Shown: in pieces, positions 49,031 to 63,347 of the stretch
Position numbering within the stretch: the first letter of the stretch is position 1
How the letters are laid out: each line of letters starts with the position of its first letter
From: Lingula anatina
Lineage: Eukaryota; Animalia; Brachiopoda
Reading direction: 5' to 3'
Length of the DNA stretch: 64,000 nt
Assembly (NCBI GenBank): GCA_051362555.1
Contig: CM120643.1
Span: 1,178,001 to 1,242,000 of the forward strand
The notes under the pieces: model-generated
What the model was told of the DNA's origin: nothing
Database searches by the model: none
The model's input: the letters and a program-made list of their open reading frames with translations, nothing else
Made by a program: the position numbers and the translations under genes

Positions 49031-52000
49031 TTATCAATGCGTTATCATTGTCCTCTGCCAAGTGTGTGGTCATCCTAACGGTCACTCCAAAAATTGATAT
49101 TGGTCACGTTTACTTTGCAACGTTTGGTGATATTTTCTACTTAAATGTGGACTTCATTGTTCAATTCATGCTGTGGTACACAATATTTGCAGTTTACCGG
49201 ATGCCCGTGCTTTTCTTGCCTTTCCTGTTCTTTTCTATATTATTTATTGGATTAAAATGCTTTATACTGATAATTGGAGAAATTTGGTAACTCTATACTA
49301 GAGTTTGTCTTATTACCACAATTAACCTATCTACCCGTGTTTTATGTTGTTTTCCCGGTATAGTACAATTTACGTGTTACCAGTCCTCTGCTGGAAGCAA
49401 CTAATGTCATATACAACTAATATCAACAGGCAATTATTATATCAATCCAAATTTATTAAATGGTATAACCCTAAATAAGTTCATTTATATAACCTCACCC
49501 TGTAACACACATGAAATTTAAAAGTACAGGTGTTATGTCACGGTGCTGATCTGGCCTTCCCCTCATATAACAGCCACAACAAGCGTCCAGGGTGCGTTCA
49601 CAATCAAACTTTCGTACTAAACAGTTTGTGTTTACTCAGCGGGGGTTTTTCCACTGAATGCAATTATTTTTACATATCCTAACTACTTCATTGTGCACGC
49701 ACCAATCGAAATGTGTTGCATGAGGCAGTGTTTTGATCGAACGATATTTTGTCAGTGATATTTCTGACATTATATCCACCACGCCGTTAAAAACACTGGG
49801 TGAATTCCATATTGAAGGAGCTTAAATGATAGGAAGTTTGATACCCTCTTCCCCCTGTTCCCCCCCCAAAAAAAGAAATAATATTTTGAAAATGAACCCC
49901 AGGGGGAATTGCAGAACTTATTTCTCTTGAACCAAGTTCACATTCACTCTTTCAGTCACTCAGGTGTGCAGTGTAGATACCTGTATATTGCTTTGTCAGC
50001 AGCGTGCGCATAAGGTTCTGTACCTGTATATTAATTTGTTTAGCCGAGACCTGATTTTGCGGTCATTTGCATTTCATTCCGTTTGCACAGGTATCGACCA
50101 TGGATGTTTTTAACAAATCGATAACCTATTTCCACTGCTGTTCACGACACGCGGTTCAAGAGTTCCATTACTGAATGTTTTTGTGGTCGCCATTTTGCTT
50201 CACATCTGCTTTGGTAGTCCGGGTTGCGTCGTAGACGGATACATTTTGTAGATAGATATAAGCTGATGCACTAACAGAGAATTTTTACGAAGTCATCGCT
50301 GCATCGTACAAGGTATGTTTTAACTTAAAAGAAGCTGATAAAATACTACAAGGCCTAGTAGGACTATCAAACATATTCACAACGTGCATCACAATGTATG
50401 TGACTTATTGAAAAAACAATTTCAATTTTATGAACAATTTTGGTCCAGTATAGTTCTGTTGTATCGCTACCAGGAGCTAGGTATATGTAAACTAAATGTA
50501 TGCTACTTTGAAGACCGCAAAACATTCTAGAATGCAGAGCAAGCACTTTTAAATGATGAGTCAGCGTTTTAAATTCAAAAGACCTTTATCCGCGAGTGCT
50601 TATCTTTGAACAATACAGATCATTCTAAAATGCTGATCAAGCACTTTTAAGTGCCTGTACCCTTAGTTATGTCAGACACAGAAGCGGTCCTCTAATTTTA
50701 CAAGTAAGTTGTCCATTTTCATTAGATTTTGTGAATATTCGAACTTACCAAACTCACGGCTGTTCTCGTCAGAGGTCATTCCTTTGTTCATAGGTTCTGC
50801 TCGTATCTTGACCAAGGACGGGATGACCTAAATTACGGAAAAAAGACTTATTTCCCTACTCCGTACACTGGCACGGGATAGGTGACCGTACAGTCCCTAA
50901 ACTGGCCAGATTCGACTTGGGCATCCTTTGCCAGGTCCGCCGACTCGGTCATACTTATCACTGGGTTCAGTTACATCTCTCATCTCCCCTTTGGTCTAGG
51001 TAAGATTTGTGCATTATTTGTTTGGAAACTACGTATATACAGTAGATTTTTCAGGCGTAAACATTACGTAAATACCATAACTCGCCACTGATCAATGTTT
51101 AAAACTAAACTTCTTCACTCCTTTATCAGAGGGCCTTCAAGAAATGTTGCCGTCATCGGCCAAATTTCGAACATTATATTAACCTATTTTTAATGGTATG
51201 TCATATGTTATGGCGTATGTTCAAATATTCAGTCGGTTTAGATTAAGGAAACATGAATCTCCTATGATGTCACTTTCATCGGTTAATTTTCTGATTTTCA
51301 AAGAAAGCAGTTGTTTATTGCGCTAAAGAGAAATATATACATCTACGTGTTACGTTGGTGTTTCATTGGAATTAGGATAAAAAACTACAATTAAGAGAAT
51401 TAATTGTATTTATGTAGCAAATGGTTTGTTTTAGTGGTGCTATTAACTTTTTGGTAATACATCAACGTTTTGTTTGGGTCTTGTGTCTGCACGTTTTGAC
51501 CTTAAGTAGTTGACCAAGACAAGGTGTTAACAGATGTCCAGGGTTAAGGAATGTCTTAGCTGCTGTGTATCAAGGCACACACAAGTATATTCTATGAAAG
51601 ATGTTTTGGAGATTAATTCCATCGAGCTGCATTCAGTGAGAAGTCCTTCAGCTTTGTAGCTGCGGATATATTTACCCGCAGTTTTAGCAGCTACACTGTA
51701 TTATTACTTACGTTTCTTTATTGTTATTTGTACACTGGTTACCAGTCATCACTTTTGTGGTTCAAGATTTGGGGACGACTATTTGTTACTTGGTGACTAT
51801 TTTCTTCGGATTATTCAGTTTTCCCCAGCCACCAGTTTTGGTATTCAAGATTCAGCGACGGCTGTTGACGGTTATTTGTTACTTGGTGACTTTATTTTAT
51901 TTGGACAATATTCACTTTTCTCCAGTCACCAGTATTTGATATTCGAGTTTCGGCGACGGCTGTTTCCTTTTACGGGATGACTTCAAGTTTTGGATCACAC

Positions 52001-52364
52001 ACAGGCTAGTATTTGTTTTCATTTCCCCCCCCCCCCCTTTTTTCACGTGTTCTTATCAATACATTTATAATTGTTGTGTTATGCAACTACAGTTGTTACC
52101 TATTTTGTTTAGGTGTCACTCATCATGTTATTTTTGATTTTTTTTTTTCTTTTGTGTGCATCTATTTTATTTATGTTTATATTCCTATCGGGCCAGGTGT
52201 TTTTGCAGTTTTCATATTTCCCATTTCCTGGCTGTCATTGACATGCCGTAATCTATTTATATCCTATTTCCGATTGTCTCCGTGTCCGCATTACCAGGTG
52301 GAGTATTATTAGGGGTTTCTGGTCGACTAGGCGATATGCATTTTTGGAGTTTTTATGCCCTTTG

Positions 52365-52662
52365 TTCTGGGTGTACTTCCCAGGTTTTTAACTGTTTGCC
52401 TAGTAGTGAGAACCCTGTAGTGGTATCTGGTATACTAGGTTCTGGGTGTATTTCCCAGGTTTTTTAACTGTTTGCCTAGTAGTGAGAGCCCTTTGTGGTA
52501 TCTGGTATACTAGGTTCTGGGTGTATTCCCAGGTTTTTAACTGTTTGCCTAGTAGTGAGAGCCCTTTGGTGGTATCTGGTATACTAGGTTCTGGGTGTAT
52601 TCCCAGGTTTTTAACTGTTTGCCTAGTAGTGAGAGCCCTTTGGTGGTATCTGGTATACTAGG
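52365..52662. repeat. Minisatellite, 4 x ~74 bp
   Basis: Unit TTCTGGGTGTATTCCCAGGTTTTTAACTGTTTGCCTAGTAGTGAGAGCCCTTTGGTGGTATCTGGTATACTAGG. Confidence 0.95.
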
Positions 52663-53639
52663 TTTTAATTTTTTGGGAGCTGTTATGCCCCTATTCTGGG
52701 GAGTCACCCAGCTATATGTTCGTTGCCTAGTCGGTTTTCCAGATATCCCTGTTTTTACGTGCACGGCTAAGCTGAGGCTGTTGCCTGCATGGATTTTCTC
52801 TGGCGGCGGACTAGGAGATGTTTAATTTTTTGCACTTATTATATCTATATGGCTCATGCCATATCTACCCAGGCTATTCGTTGGGTTTATGCCGGGTTTA
52901 TATGTTCTCTGTACAAGTGTATATTTTATTCATATTACTTATTCCGTTTACTTACTTGAATTACCTGGCCCGGGAAATTTTTATTACTGAATTGTCTTAT
53001 ATATAAATGCAACTGCCTTCGGTCTTCTTAGTTTCCTTTGTTTTTATGTTACCATGCCTTCCAAGACCCCTCCCGGGTGGAGTACCGTAAGCGGTCCAGG
53101 ATGTCGGTTGTCTCCAATGCGCGCTTATTATCCAGCAAACGCCGATTGGCTCCTGCATCCACTGCTCCTGGTGGAAAGAAGCCGAGTCACACCGGCACAG
53201 TAATGCCGTGCGCTTCTCCTTCTCCCGACTCCTCCCTGCAAGAGACTACGTTCAGCAGCAGATACCCTGTACCCAGTATCAGCAGACTCTCGACACTGTA
53301 AATACACGGGTCCAGCCGATGAAATTGGAAGTGATCCACTTGCCCTCGTAAAAATCGCTGATTTCCCTTTATCTTTGGACTGAAGTTTTTTTTTTTTGTT
53401 TTTGTTTTCAGCGATTTTCTAACAAAAAATTTATATGATTCTGTAAACTTACTTACGTACGGCTTATCTATTAGAACATTAAGAAGCTCCTTATGCTAAT
53501 GATTGGCGTCTTTATGATGACGCCTTTTGCAACTTACGACCAACACTACTGGTCCCGTGGGATAAGTTATCCCCGTGTTACCGTTAAAAGTGGCAACCAT
53601 GGATACCCCCCCCTTTTTTACGTCCCTTTTGTCTAGGCA

Positions 53640-53670
<31 letters not shown>

Positions 53671-54144
53671 ATAAAAGGGAGTAATACACCTTTAGTCTAT
53701 GCTAATTTAGCACTGTTGCCAGTACTGGGATCCCATCCTAAAATCGATTGCCCCACATCCCACGCCCAGTTACAGACCCCGCCTACAACATTGTCTAACA
53801 ACTCCAATTACCCATTCCCTGTTACAATTGGTACTTAAGGTTAGGATCCTCATCAGGTGATTTTCTCATCAATATATTTCCAAGGGTTCCTGCCTTCATT
53901 GCACCACCACTCCTAGCATTCACGCATTTCATAATCATTTATCAGCCCGTACTCATCCTGAAGCGATTTTGGATTATATTAATCAGGTTTATCCTCTGGG
54001 CGGATTGCTGGCCAAATTTTATCTCCCTCTTCCATATTTTAAATGTTCACCATTACCCATTATTACTAACTCTGAACCTTATAAATTCCGTGTTATTCGC
54101 GACCTTTCTTATCCGCGGGGATGTGAGCTTCTCTCACATCATAT

Positions 54145-54515
54145 GGCCTTTTATTTTCATTTGCGCCAACTTTTTGCTCCTATAGCTGTTGTGATTTCTC
54201 ATATTTTTCATAATTAATCCTGGTTACATTTCATTAACATACTTTATTATTTTTATATTTTATTATATATATAGTTTGGGGGATGTTTATTATCTCCCCA
54301 GTTTTGTAACTTTGTATCTTATTGGTTTTCGGCCTTTTATTTTCATTTGCGCCAACTTTTTGCTCCTATAGCTGTTGTGATTTCTCATATTTTTCATAAT
54401 TAATCCTGGTTACATTTCATTAACATACTTTATTATTTTTATATTTTATTATATATATAGTTTGGGGGATGTTTATTATCTCCCCAGTTTTGTAACTTTG
54501 TATCTTATTAGTTTT
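54145..54515. repeat. Tandem 186-bp unit x2 (B1)
   Basis: Units start at 54145 and 54331. Confidence 0.93.
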
Positions 54516-55609
54516 CGTCATTAATAAATGACAATTTCAGTCATATGGACTTATCCTACTTAATTTGGAGCAAAAACAGAGCTTCGTTGTGCTTGTGAAC
54601 ATTTGGCTACATAAAACTACAATTAAGAGAATTAATTGTATTTATGTAGCAAATGGTTTGTTTTAGTGGTGCTATTAACTTTTTGGTAATACATCAACGT
54701 TTTGTTTGGGTCTTGTGTCTGCACGTTTTGACCTTAAGTAGTTGACCAAGACAAGGTGTTAACAGATGTCCAGGGTTAAGGAATGTCTTAGCTGCTGTGT
54801 ATCAAGGCACACACAAGTATATTCTATGAAAGATGTTTTGGAGATTAATTCCATCGAGCTGCATTCAGTGAGAAGTCATTCAGCTTTGTAGCTGCGGATA
54901 TATTTACCCGCAGTTTTAGCAGCTACACTGTATTATTACTTACGTTTCTTTATTGTTATTTGTACACCCTCCACCCTCCCCTACCACCTGCCTTCATCCT
55001 TGTGGTGTTTTTAACACTTAGACTTATTTACTTTCAAGCGGCACCTGTGTGACATAATTAAGGGGGGCACCTATTTGGACAGTGCCACTTTGCCTCTGGT
55101 GGGCCTGCTAATCAGAGGCATATGAGTTCAGTTATTCAGGAGACAGTTAATGCTCTCCCTCACTTTTCTCGTAAAATTCACAACATTAGAAGTGCATTAT
55201 TCAGGAGTAAAAATTTTGAGGTGATGTTTGGTAACTTATTCAAACCCCCCCCCCCCCATATTTTTTTTCTCTTTCCATGACTAATGAAGCAGATGTGAGC
55301 ATTGGCTCAATGTAACATGGTTGTATTTATGCTTGTTAGCTATAACTCATTTGGCACATTAATTAGTCATTTCAGATTATCTGGTTATCATTTGTTTATT
55401 GATATATATCATACATGTGAGATTATTACTTTAAAACTATAGTTAGGTAAATGTACTATGCAGGGCATATGAGGCAGTGCGTAGGCCAAGAGAGACAACT
55501 CTATGATTGGGCTGTCAGAGCAATGAGGAAACTTACGTCCCCGTCCTAAAAAGGTAGGGGTTGCGTAGCTCGCTCTCAGCCTAGGCCGGCTTTAGAATGT
55601 GCCTTTTGC

Positions 55610-56242
55610 CTTTTCTTTTCATTTGCGCCAACCATTTGCGCCAACTTTTTGCTCCTATAGCTGTTGTGATTTCTCATATTTTTCATAAGCCTTTTATTTT
55701 CATTTGCGCCAACTTTTTGCTCCTATAGCTGTTGTGATTTCTCATATTTTTCATAATTAATCCTGGTTACATTTCATTAACATACTTTATTATTTTTATA
55801 TTTAGCACTTATATAGTTTGGGGGATGTTTATTATCTCCCCAGTTTTGTAACTTTGTATCTTATTGGTTTTCGGCCTTTTATTTTCATTTGCGCCAACTT
55901 TTTGCTCCTATAGCTGTTGTGATTTCTCATATTTTTCATAATTAATCCTGGTTACATTTCATTAACATACTTTATTATTTTTATATTTAGCACTTATATA
56001 GTTTGGGGGATGTTTATTATCTCCCCAGTTTTGTAACTTTGTATCTTATTGGTTTTCGGCCTTTTATTTTCATTTGCGCCAACTTTTTGCTCCTATAGCT
56101 GTTGTGATTTCTCATATTTTTCATAATTAATCCTGGTTACATTTCATTAACATACTTTATTATTTTTATATTTAGCACTTATATAGTTTGGGGAATGTTT
56201 ATTATCTCCCCAGTTTTGTAACTTTGTATCTTATTAGTTTTC
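55610..56242. repeat. Tandem 185-bp unit x3 plus a partial unit (B2)
   Basis: Units start at ~55689, 55873 and 56058. Confidence 0.93.
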
Positions 56243-57415
56243 GTCATTAATAAATGACAATTTCAGTCATATGGACTTATCCTACTTAATTTGGAGCAAA
56301 AACAGAGCTTCGTTGTGCTTGTGAACATCTGGCTACATAAAGCAGGTTTTACTAAGAACGAACAGAAAAAATGCTACACTGTTTGGATGTGAGTCGAAAA
56401 ATGCTGTTTTTCTTCAAATAAAAAGAAAATACATCTAAATATTATGTCGATGTTTCATTTGCATTGAACAAGGAAAAACATTCCGATTTTTAAAGATGAA
56501 GAAAAAAAATACTGGAATATTTAGCTTAAAGAAAAAAAGCAGTGGTGTTTAAATCGATCAAGAAAAAAGCGCTCATTTTTAAAGTCAGTCAGAAAAATAT
56601 TTAATATTCTTTAAATGGGAAAAAAAGCTGCGACTTAATTCTCGCATTTCAAGAGAAAAAATTGGCAAAAATGCTTTTAGATCAGGTCATTTACAGTAAA
56701 GAAACTGTAAATCTCCTAATATTATATAGAGCTTCCAGTAGAAATGACATTCCACACCTTTATCTATTGATTTGAGAATGTTGACTCAACATTACAGATC
56801 TTTCTATCCGTGTGTAGCCAAAATTGAGATGACAGACAAGGGACAAGATTTAAAACTAACAATGTCCAATGCAACAAAAGTGTGGGCTTTTCTTTATTTT
56901 GCTGATGCGATACAATAATTTCCTATTCGTGGTGTAATTTATTCACACATATATGTTTATACATGTGAGATTACATTCTTATATATAAAATTTACCCTAG
57001 CAAGACGCAAAAATTCCCAGGGAAGACAATTGGGAAAAGTACTAATTTTTTCTTACTGCATTTGTGATCTTTGCTTGGTGGTTTCTGCCCTTTATATTAT
57101 CTTTTTGTCAGGACGCCATTATGCTTTCATTTTTGTGCCTTTCAAAGCTGTACGTATGTAACATGTTCCTAAAACAATCTACACGTTAGCTATTAGTTTT
57201 CATGTCTCTCAATTGATAATGGAATATTTGCCTCATGTGGCGATTTTACGAGGTCTAAATGTTCACTTCTTTCAAGAAACCATGTTATCTAAAATGGTAA
57301 GTCTGAAACTGAACATAGATAAGTAATATGATTTTTATTAATACGGGAGCTGAAATCTCATCTTATATACAAACACAGATATGCGCCTAAATTCAAGAAA
57401 ATGATTATTTAACAA

Positions 57416-57462
<47 letters not shown>
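57416..57462. repeat. (AAT)n microsatellite
   Basis: Direct read. Confidence 0.95.
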
Positions 57463-57465
<3 letters not shown>

Positions 57466-60220
57466 GGGAGTGTTCTTACCCTTCTCAGAAAGACCAGAAC
57501 TCTCAAATAACTGATCGTGATGACCTCCGCTTAAGAATGAGTGCTTTTGTTACAGGTATAGGGACGATCAATACATGTACCGGCAGTTCTCCGCTCAATA
57601 TACAATGAGCAAATAAAAAGCGCCCCATGTGATTTATTTGTATAAGATGGATGTACGATATTCAGACTTGACATTTTACATGGAAAATGTCAGTTTCAAA
57701 GGTATGCCTAGGTAAAATGGGTTCTTAAAAAACATGATCTCATATACCTGTATGATACGTGAATGGCGAAGTGTTAATTCAGGTGTGTCGCTACCAATGA
57801 ACTGACTAGCATGTCTGTCGCACTTCTGCATTGTGTAATATGCAGTGATTTAAATGGGTAGTGCTCCTTTGGGCTGCTCAAATTTGGCTTTGGGAAAGCT
57901 TGGTTGTGTCAAAAAGTATCCATATGTTGGCAACTACTGCATAGAAGATTTTGAATTTTTGCATGCAAACAGTCGGTTTTGCAGTGCGTAAAATGAGCTA
58001 AGCAGTCGTTTAAACATTGTCTATCTGTGACAGACTGGCGCATAAGCGAGCAATGGCCAAACTGATTTATTTATACAGATGCCACGTCCAATGTATCAAA
58101 GTCTTACCGCCATGGTACAGGACTCACTGTCTTTCCGGATATGCTGCTGCAGCTAAAAGAAAAAGTCACCAAGTCTGTTCAGAATGAGGGGTACACTGCC
58201 ATCGAAAAGTGTTTTTCAAGTCCCTTAGTGAACACCAAACTGGTTTTAGCAGGTTAGAAAACCAGATGACCTCTGAGGAACCCACAGCATATGAACGTCA
58301 TCTGCTACTCTAATGAATTGCCACTTAATCAAATGAAGAAGTGTGATCTGATCATGGACCTGGGCAATACAATAAGCTGTGAAAAAAGTCTTAACATGTG
58401 TGGCCTTTAACAGCTAAAGTCGGCTTTTGGAGATCGATTTGCATACACAAATTCGCCGCGAATTAATATTGTGTTATCCCATCATGGATCCTTTAAATAA
58501 GTTTTGTATTTTTGTTTATTATATTTTCTATTATCGATGGGCAAGTACTAGTAAGGCCATTCTCTTCCACAATGGAGACTGGTGGGCTATGAAAATTGAC
58601 TTCTTTACATATTTAACAGACCTCTCCATGGGTATATATTATCATGAACAGTGCTGACACAATAGGAAAAGTGCACATACATAACATATTTGTGTGATCA
58701 GGAATGTGTTGTTTATGTTTTGTAGGAAGCATAATCTACTATACCATTTTTATCAGAATGTCATATACCTGTACGTGTAAATTGTGTATTAACAGAGGCA
58801 AATTCAGGCCGTCTTCTGGGTCTTCCGGAAGACGGTCAGAATTTTCAAGTTTAATTTTCAAGTTAATTTTTGCTGTCGGAAGACGTTAAAAATGGAGGAT
58901 GGATGCAAAGATAATTTGGAAGACTGTATTATCGATATTATTTGATTCCTGTACCGTATTCATTTGCTAGTACATGTAGCAGTATTATAGTATTTTGATG
59001 GAAATTTCAACTGTATAATTAACGTAAGGAGTAAATGTCACACAGCAGTCTAAGTTGCAATGGATGGATTTAATTAATTTATTTCAAGTTAAAATTCTGT
59101 GCCGTATCTCTGGGTGATAGCAGCAACCTCTGTCTGCCTGTGTATAGTGTGACAGAAGCAGGTTCACTGGTGATCCTGGATATGTTTACATACTACAATC
59201 TCTCCATGACCAGTCACATCGGAAAGTATGGCATTTACTGGCATTTCATATCAGCCTGAAAGATAAAGAGTAAAATAACATGAAAATTAATTTGATAGAT
59301 CTGGGACATCCCTGCTAACATCAATTTATCTTCCACTGGGAAGTATAAGTGTCTTTCACGTTATAACTAAGTTTAAATAAATTTATTAAAACCTCACCTT
59401 CTTGCATTTCCTATAATGGTACTTAAACAGTCTAAGGCCTTTTCTTTTCCCCATGTTTATCGGTCATAACAGACATGTAAAACAGACAGTAAAAATATAA
59501 ACTGTACATTTTCCCACTGTGTGATCATCCGAAAATTTAACGAGATAATTTTCTACATCTATCACAGTCTATGTTTAAGATAGCTTATAATGTCCCCTAT
59601 CTGAACATGCCATTTTACCTGCCCAGGTAAATTTTTACAGGTATAAAAACAGTCAGGCAATTAAATCACAGGTAAAGTGTTTTAGACAATAGCAAGGATC
59701 GCCCATAAAAATTGCAACGCTGATAAGCTGTGCATCTAATCAGTTCTAATTACAGGGGAGGGCATCATCAACAATTGTAGCAAAAGAATACTTGTACCCA
59801 ATTACAAAGTGGTAAATATAGCAAGGTCTTCATGATATAGATATATAGAAAGGAAATGCTGATTTAATAGAACTGGCACAGTCCTGGTCATATAAAGCTT
59901 TCTCTAAGTAATTAAGAAGCATATTCAGAACTGGCTAGAAAAAAAATGTTATTTCCCACTTACATTTCCTTTGAAGATATGGAAAACACAAATTCAAAAT
60001 TGTCTTAACACACACACCTGTCATATTCCATTCCCAGAACGAGGTTGGTGAGCTAAAAAGTGCCACCATAGAGGATAATAAAGACCAATGATATTGCTTG
60101 AAATTGTCACACACCCCACCCATTTCCATTCCCTCCGATATTATTCCCTGATCTTATTAATACTGTACATCACATTGCATGCTGTCTTACAAACATACTG
60201 TAGTCGACATTTTTTTTTTT

Positions 60221-60225
<5 letters not shown>

Positions 60226-60252
<27 letters not shown>
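60226..60252. repeat. (TG)n microsatellite
   Basis: Direct read. Confidence 0.95.
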
Positions 60253-60257
<5 letters not shown>

Positions 60258-60284
60258 GATAGCAAACGTAATTTTGTATCCATA

Positions 60285-63200
60285 CATGCATTTTGGGTGG
60301 GTGCCGTTCCCCTGTTGGGTGACGAGATATTGCATCTGCGGCTTTCTGCTTAGCACCTGGAAGATGAATGACACGGAACTTGTAACGGAGAGTACGTTCC
60401 TTGAGGTTCCTGAGACGTGTGTTGGATATGGAATCAAGGGATCTGTCTCCAAAGATTTTGAGAAGTGGCTTATGGTCAACAGCTATCACTAGGTCAGTGC
60501 ATCCCAGAACAAAGAATCTTGCTTTGCCTAAAGCATAAGCCACGGCTAGTGCCTCCCCTTCCACAGGTGCATATCTGGATTCAGCAGGATGTGTGAATCT
60601 ACTACCTACAAGGACAATTTTCCATCCCGTTTTGCAGCAAAATGGTTTTGCCATTATACAATTGCAATGTTTCTGGAATAACCAATATCCTATTCCACTT
60701 TTAGACCAATCTGTGGCTAGGCAAGTTGTTTTGTTATATCCTGACACCCTCTTCTATTTCGTTGATGATTACTTGTTTGGATTCCTGAAAAGTTTGATCT
60801 AACTCTTCAGTCCATTTGAAAGGTGTGCCAGGTTTGAGTAGCTCACGAAATGGTAACATCCAATTGGCCATGCTGAACGCATAAGAAACCTGATTTAGGA
60901 GACCAAACACAAGAACGTACATCTGTGATGTTTTTAGGTGTTGAGAAATCTGTGATTGCCTGCAGGTATTGTGAATCCAGCAAAATCCACCTGGTCTGCA
61001 GCAAATACAAATTTATCAATGTTGAAAGTTATCCCGTTTTTTCCACATATATCCAACCATTCAACAGCTTGCCAAAAGCTTTCTTCAATAGAATCTGCCC
61101 ATAGTAGAGTATCACCTACACATTTAGTTTTTCTGGGAATGTTGGAAACAATATCATCATAACGGTGGGTGTAGGCATCACCAGAAGCGATATATCCTTG
61201 AGGAGCAACGCAATACCAATAACGCCCCCACGGTGTTATGAATGTGGTGAGATGTCTGTCATCTTCATGAAGTGGGACGCTATGATAGCCGTTCCATGCA
61301 TCAAAGACGGTCTTCTTTTACCTTGTGGAACAGATCTTGCTTGATGAAACGGTGATTGAGTATGATGTGTTTCACGTTTAGCATGGGCATTTAATGCTTG
61401 TAGATCAACAGTTCTGCGAAGTTTGCCATTCTTCTTTGCACAAACGACCATCCTATGGCACCATGTAACTGGTTCTCCTAGTGCAACGGGTTCAATAGCA
61501 CCTAGTTTTACATCTTGGTCTAAGCCAGCTTTGACTTGGTCTTGCCAGTGTAGTGGTACTGGTAGAGGGGTATGGTATGCTTTGGGTTCTGCATCAGAGT
61601 CCACCATTAGTCTCATAGGGGATCCATTCATCATTGTGAGTGGCTGGTGGGTACACATGTTAAAAGAGCTGGATCTGTAATAGTCAATAAGCCATTGCTG
61701 AAGCCGCTGACGGTTTTCTTCTGTTGCTGGATAAGGAATAGATGCTGGACGTGAAGGCGGAGGTTGTCGTTTTGGGCATTCACAATCGGCATTTGTTTCA
61801 TATCTTTTTGTATCACCGGCTGTTTGACAAGCATCTCCAACTTGAGGGAAGTCAATGGAAATGAGACCGAGGTCAACGGATGCTTCTGTGCTGAGGAATA
61901 TTCTGTCTGAGTTGTCTGTGATGTAGACGATCTGTCTCGTTGTGTGGTGTTTTCCAAGCTTGTCCTCACCAGAGAATCGTAATATTACAGCACCCAGAAT
62001 GTTAATTCCTTTGTTATTTGCTGCTTGCATTTTCATTTTAACTGGGATGAGATCCCTTTCAGTTAATTGAAGGGGTTGGATTGCTTTAATACCAGCAAGA
62101 CAGCTTTGGCATCCAGTGTCAGCCATTACATCGAGCATTGTAGATGTAGTTGGAAGGTCTACATTGAAGCCAAGGTCAGAATAATCTTGAGAGGATACAG
62201 TGGCTTGTAATGATATGTATGGTTGAGGTCTTGATTTACTTTTGATCCACTTGTCATTCAGCTGATTATATAGGTGGTGATCTAATGCAATGGCATTTGC
62301 AGCTCGGTCGTGGTCCAATTCACCTATTGTGCATAGCGTATAAAATGACTCATTGCTATGCTCCATAAAATCAGATTCCCCATGATTAGTGACTGACTGT
62401 GTTTTGGTGTTTGATGAAGATGGGGGACCAAGCTTGGGTTTGTTCTTGTTGCGACACATGTGGTCGAAGTGGTGACTGCGTTCACAGTGTTTGTAGATAT
62501 GGTTATATGCTGGGCACATTTTCTGACGTGTGCGAAATGGTGCTTTAATACCATGGCCTTTTTCCACACAGTAACTGCATATCTCAGCTTTATCAGACTT
62601 TGCATACCTTTGAGCGCGTCTGTACGAGCTAGTGGCATGGGCACCTTCGGAAGCATTTAATGTCGCAGATGAACGTTTCCCAGATTCTTTAGATTCAATA
62701 AATCTGAACACGTCTTCAAGGTCCATGTTCTGGTTCATATTTCCAAGCAGGTCCAGCTGGATTTCATTATCGGCTATGCCACGACTTAAAATGTCCCTTA
62801 ATATGCAATCTGTGTAATCTACATCTGTTTCACAGTTAGGGCATTTCAGTGTAAATTTACAAATGCCAGCTTGACCTTTGATTCTTGCCCCAAACTGACG
62901 AATTGGTTCTTCTCTGTCTTGCCGCATCTCGTGTAGAATGACTCGGGCAACCATGGGATTTTCTTCACGTACTGCCAGTCTGTTGATAGCAGATAGTACC
63001 TCTTCTTCACTTTTGTTTGTAAGAGTTCCACCAGCTGAGCGGGTGATATTTTTCCTAAGAGTTTCATCACAGCATTCTAGTAATTGTATTACACGATCTT
63101 GGCCAGTAATTTTGGTTGCTATGGTATATTCTTTCCATCTAGTCAGAAAGTAAGTCCAATCTTCACTAGTGCCCGCTGTAGATATTGTGGGGCGACGAAT

Positions 63201-63347
63201 CTTGTCAGTTTTGACCTTTGTAGATGACTGAGAGGAAGTGGCATTATGGCTTTGTGCATGTATTGTCAACAGTGTGTTAACAATGGTATCTGCCACATCT
63301 TCTGTCTCATAAGTGCAGTTTGGGAATGGGCACTTTACAACTGGCAT
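60285..63347 (-). mobile_element. Ty3/Gypsy LTR retrotransposon internal region (gag-PR-RT-RNase H), frameshifted and 3'-truncated
   Basis: Gag with Cys/His knuckles, protease MADTGCQS, RT RRTVDLQALN with the catalytic motif decayed to CVGD, and RNase H TDWSKSGIG...ESRYAPVEGEALAV...DHKPL...ADAISR. No integrase or paired LTR was found. Confidence 0.9.

Larger units (their letters stand above)
51381..56341 (+). mobile_element. Ngaro/DIRS-like retroelement remnant with split direct repeats (A1-coding-B1-A2-B2)
   Basis: A1 51381-51735 and A2 54613-54967 (355 bp, one mismatch seen). B1 54145-54612 and B2 ~55689-56341. Decayed gag-like WRLYDDAF...VPWD and RT N-terminus NHLSARTHP...CSPLPI...KFRVIRDLSYPRG. 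Confidence 0.75.

Noticed and set aside
52365-52662. Regular repeats resembling a CRISPR array
   Set aside because: Units are head-to-tail with no unique spacers, there are no cas genes, and the context is eukaryotic.
57780-60180. Scattered Cys-rich exon-like fragments
   Set aside because: They contain stops and no identifiable domain. They are probably old transposon debris and cannot be supported as a gene.
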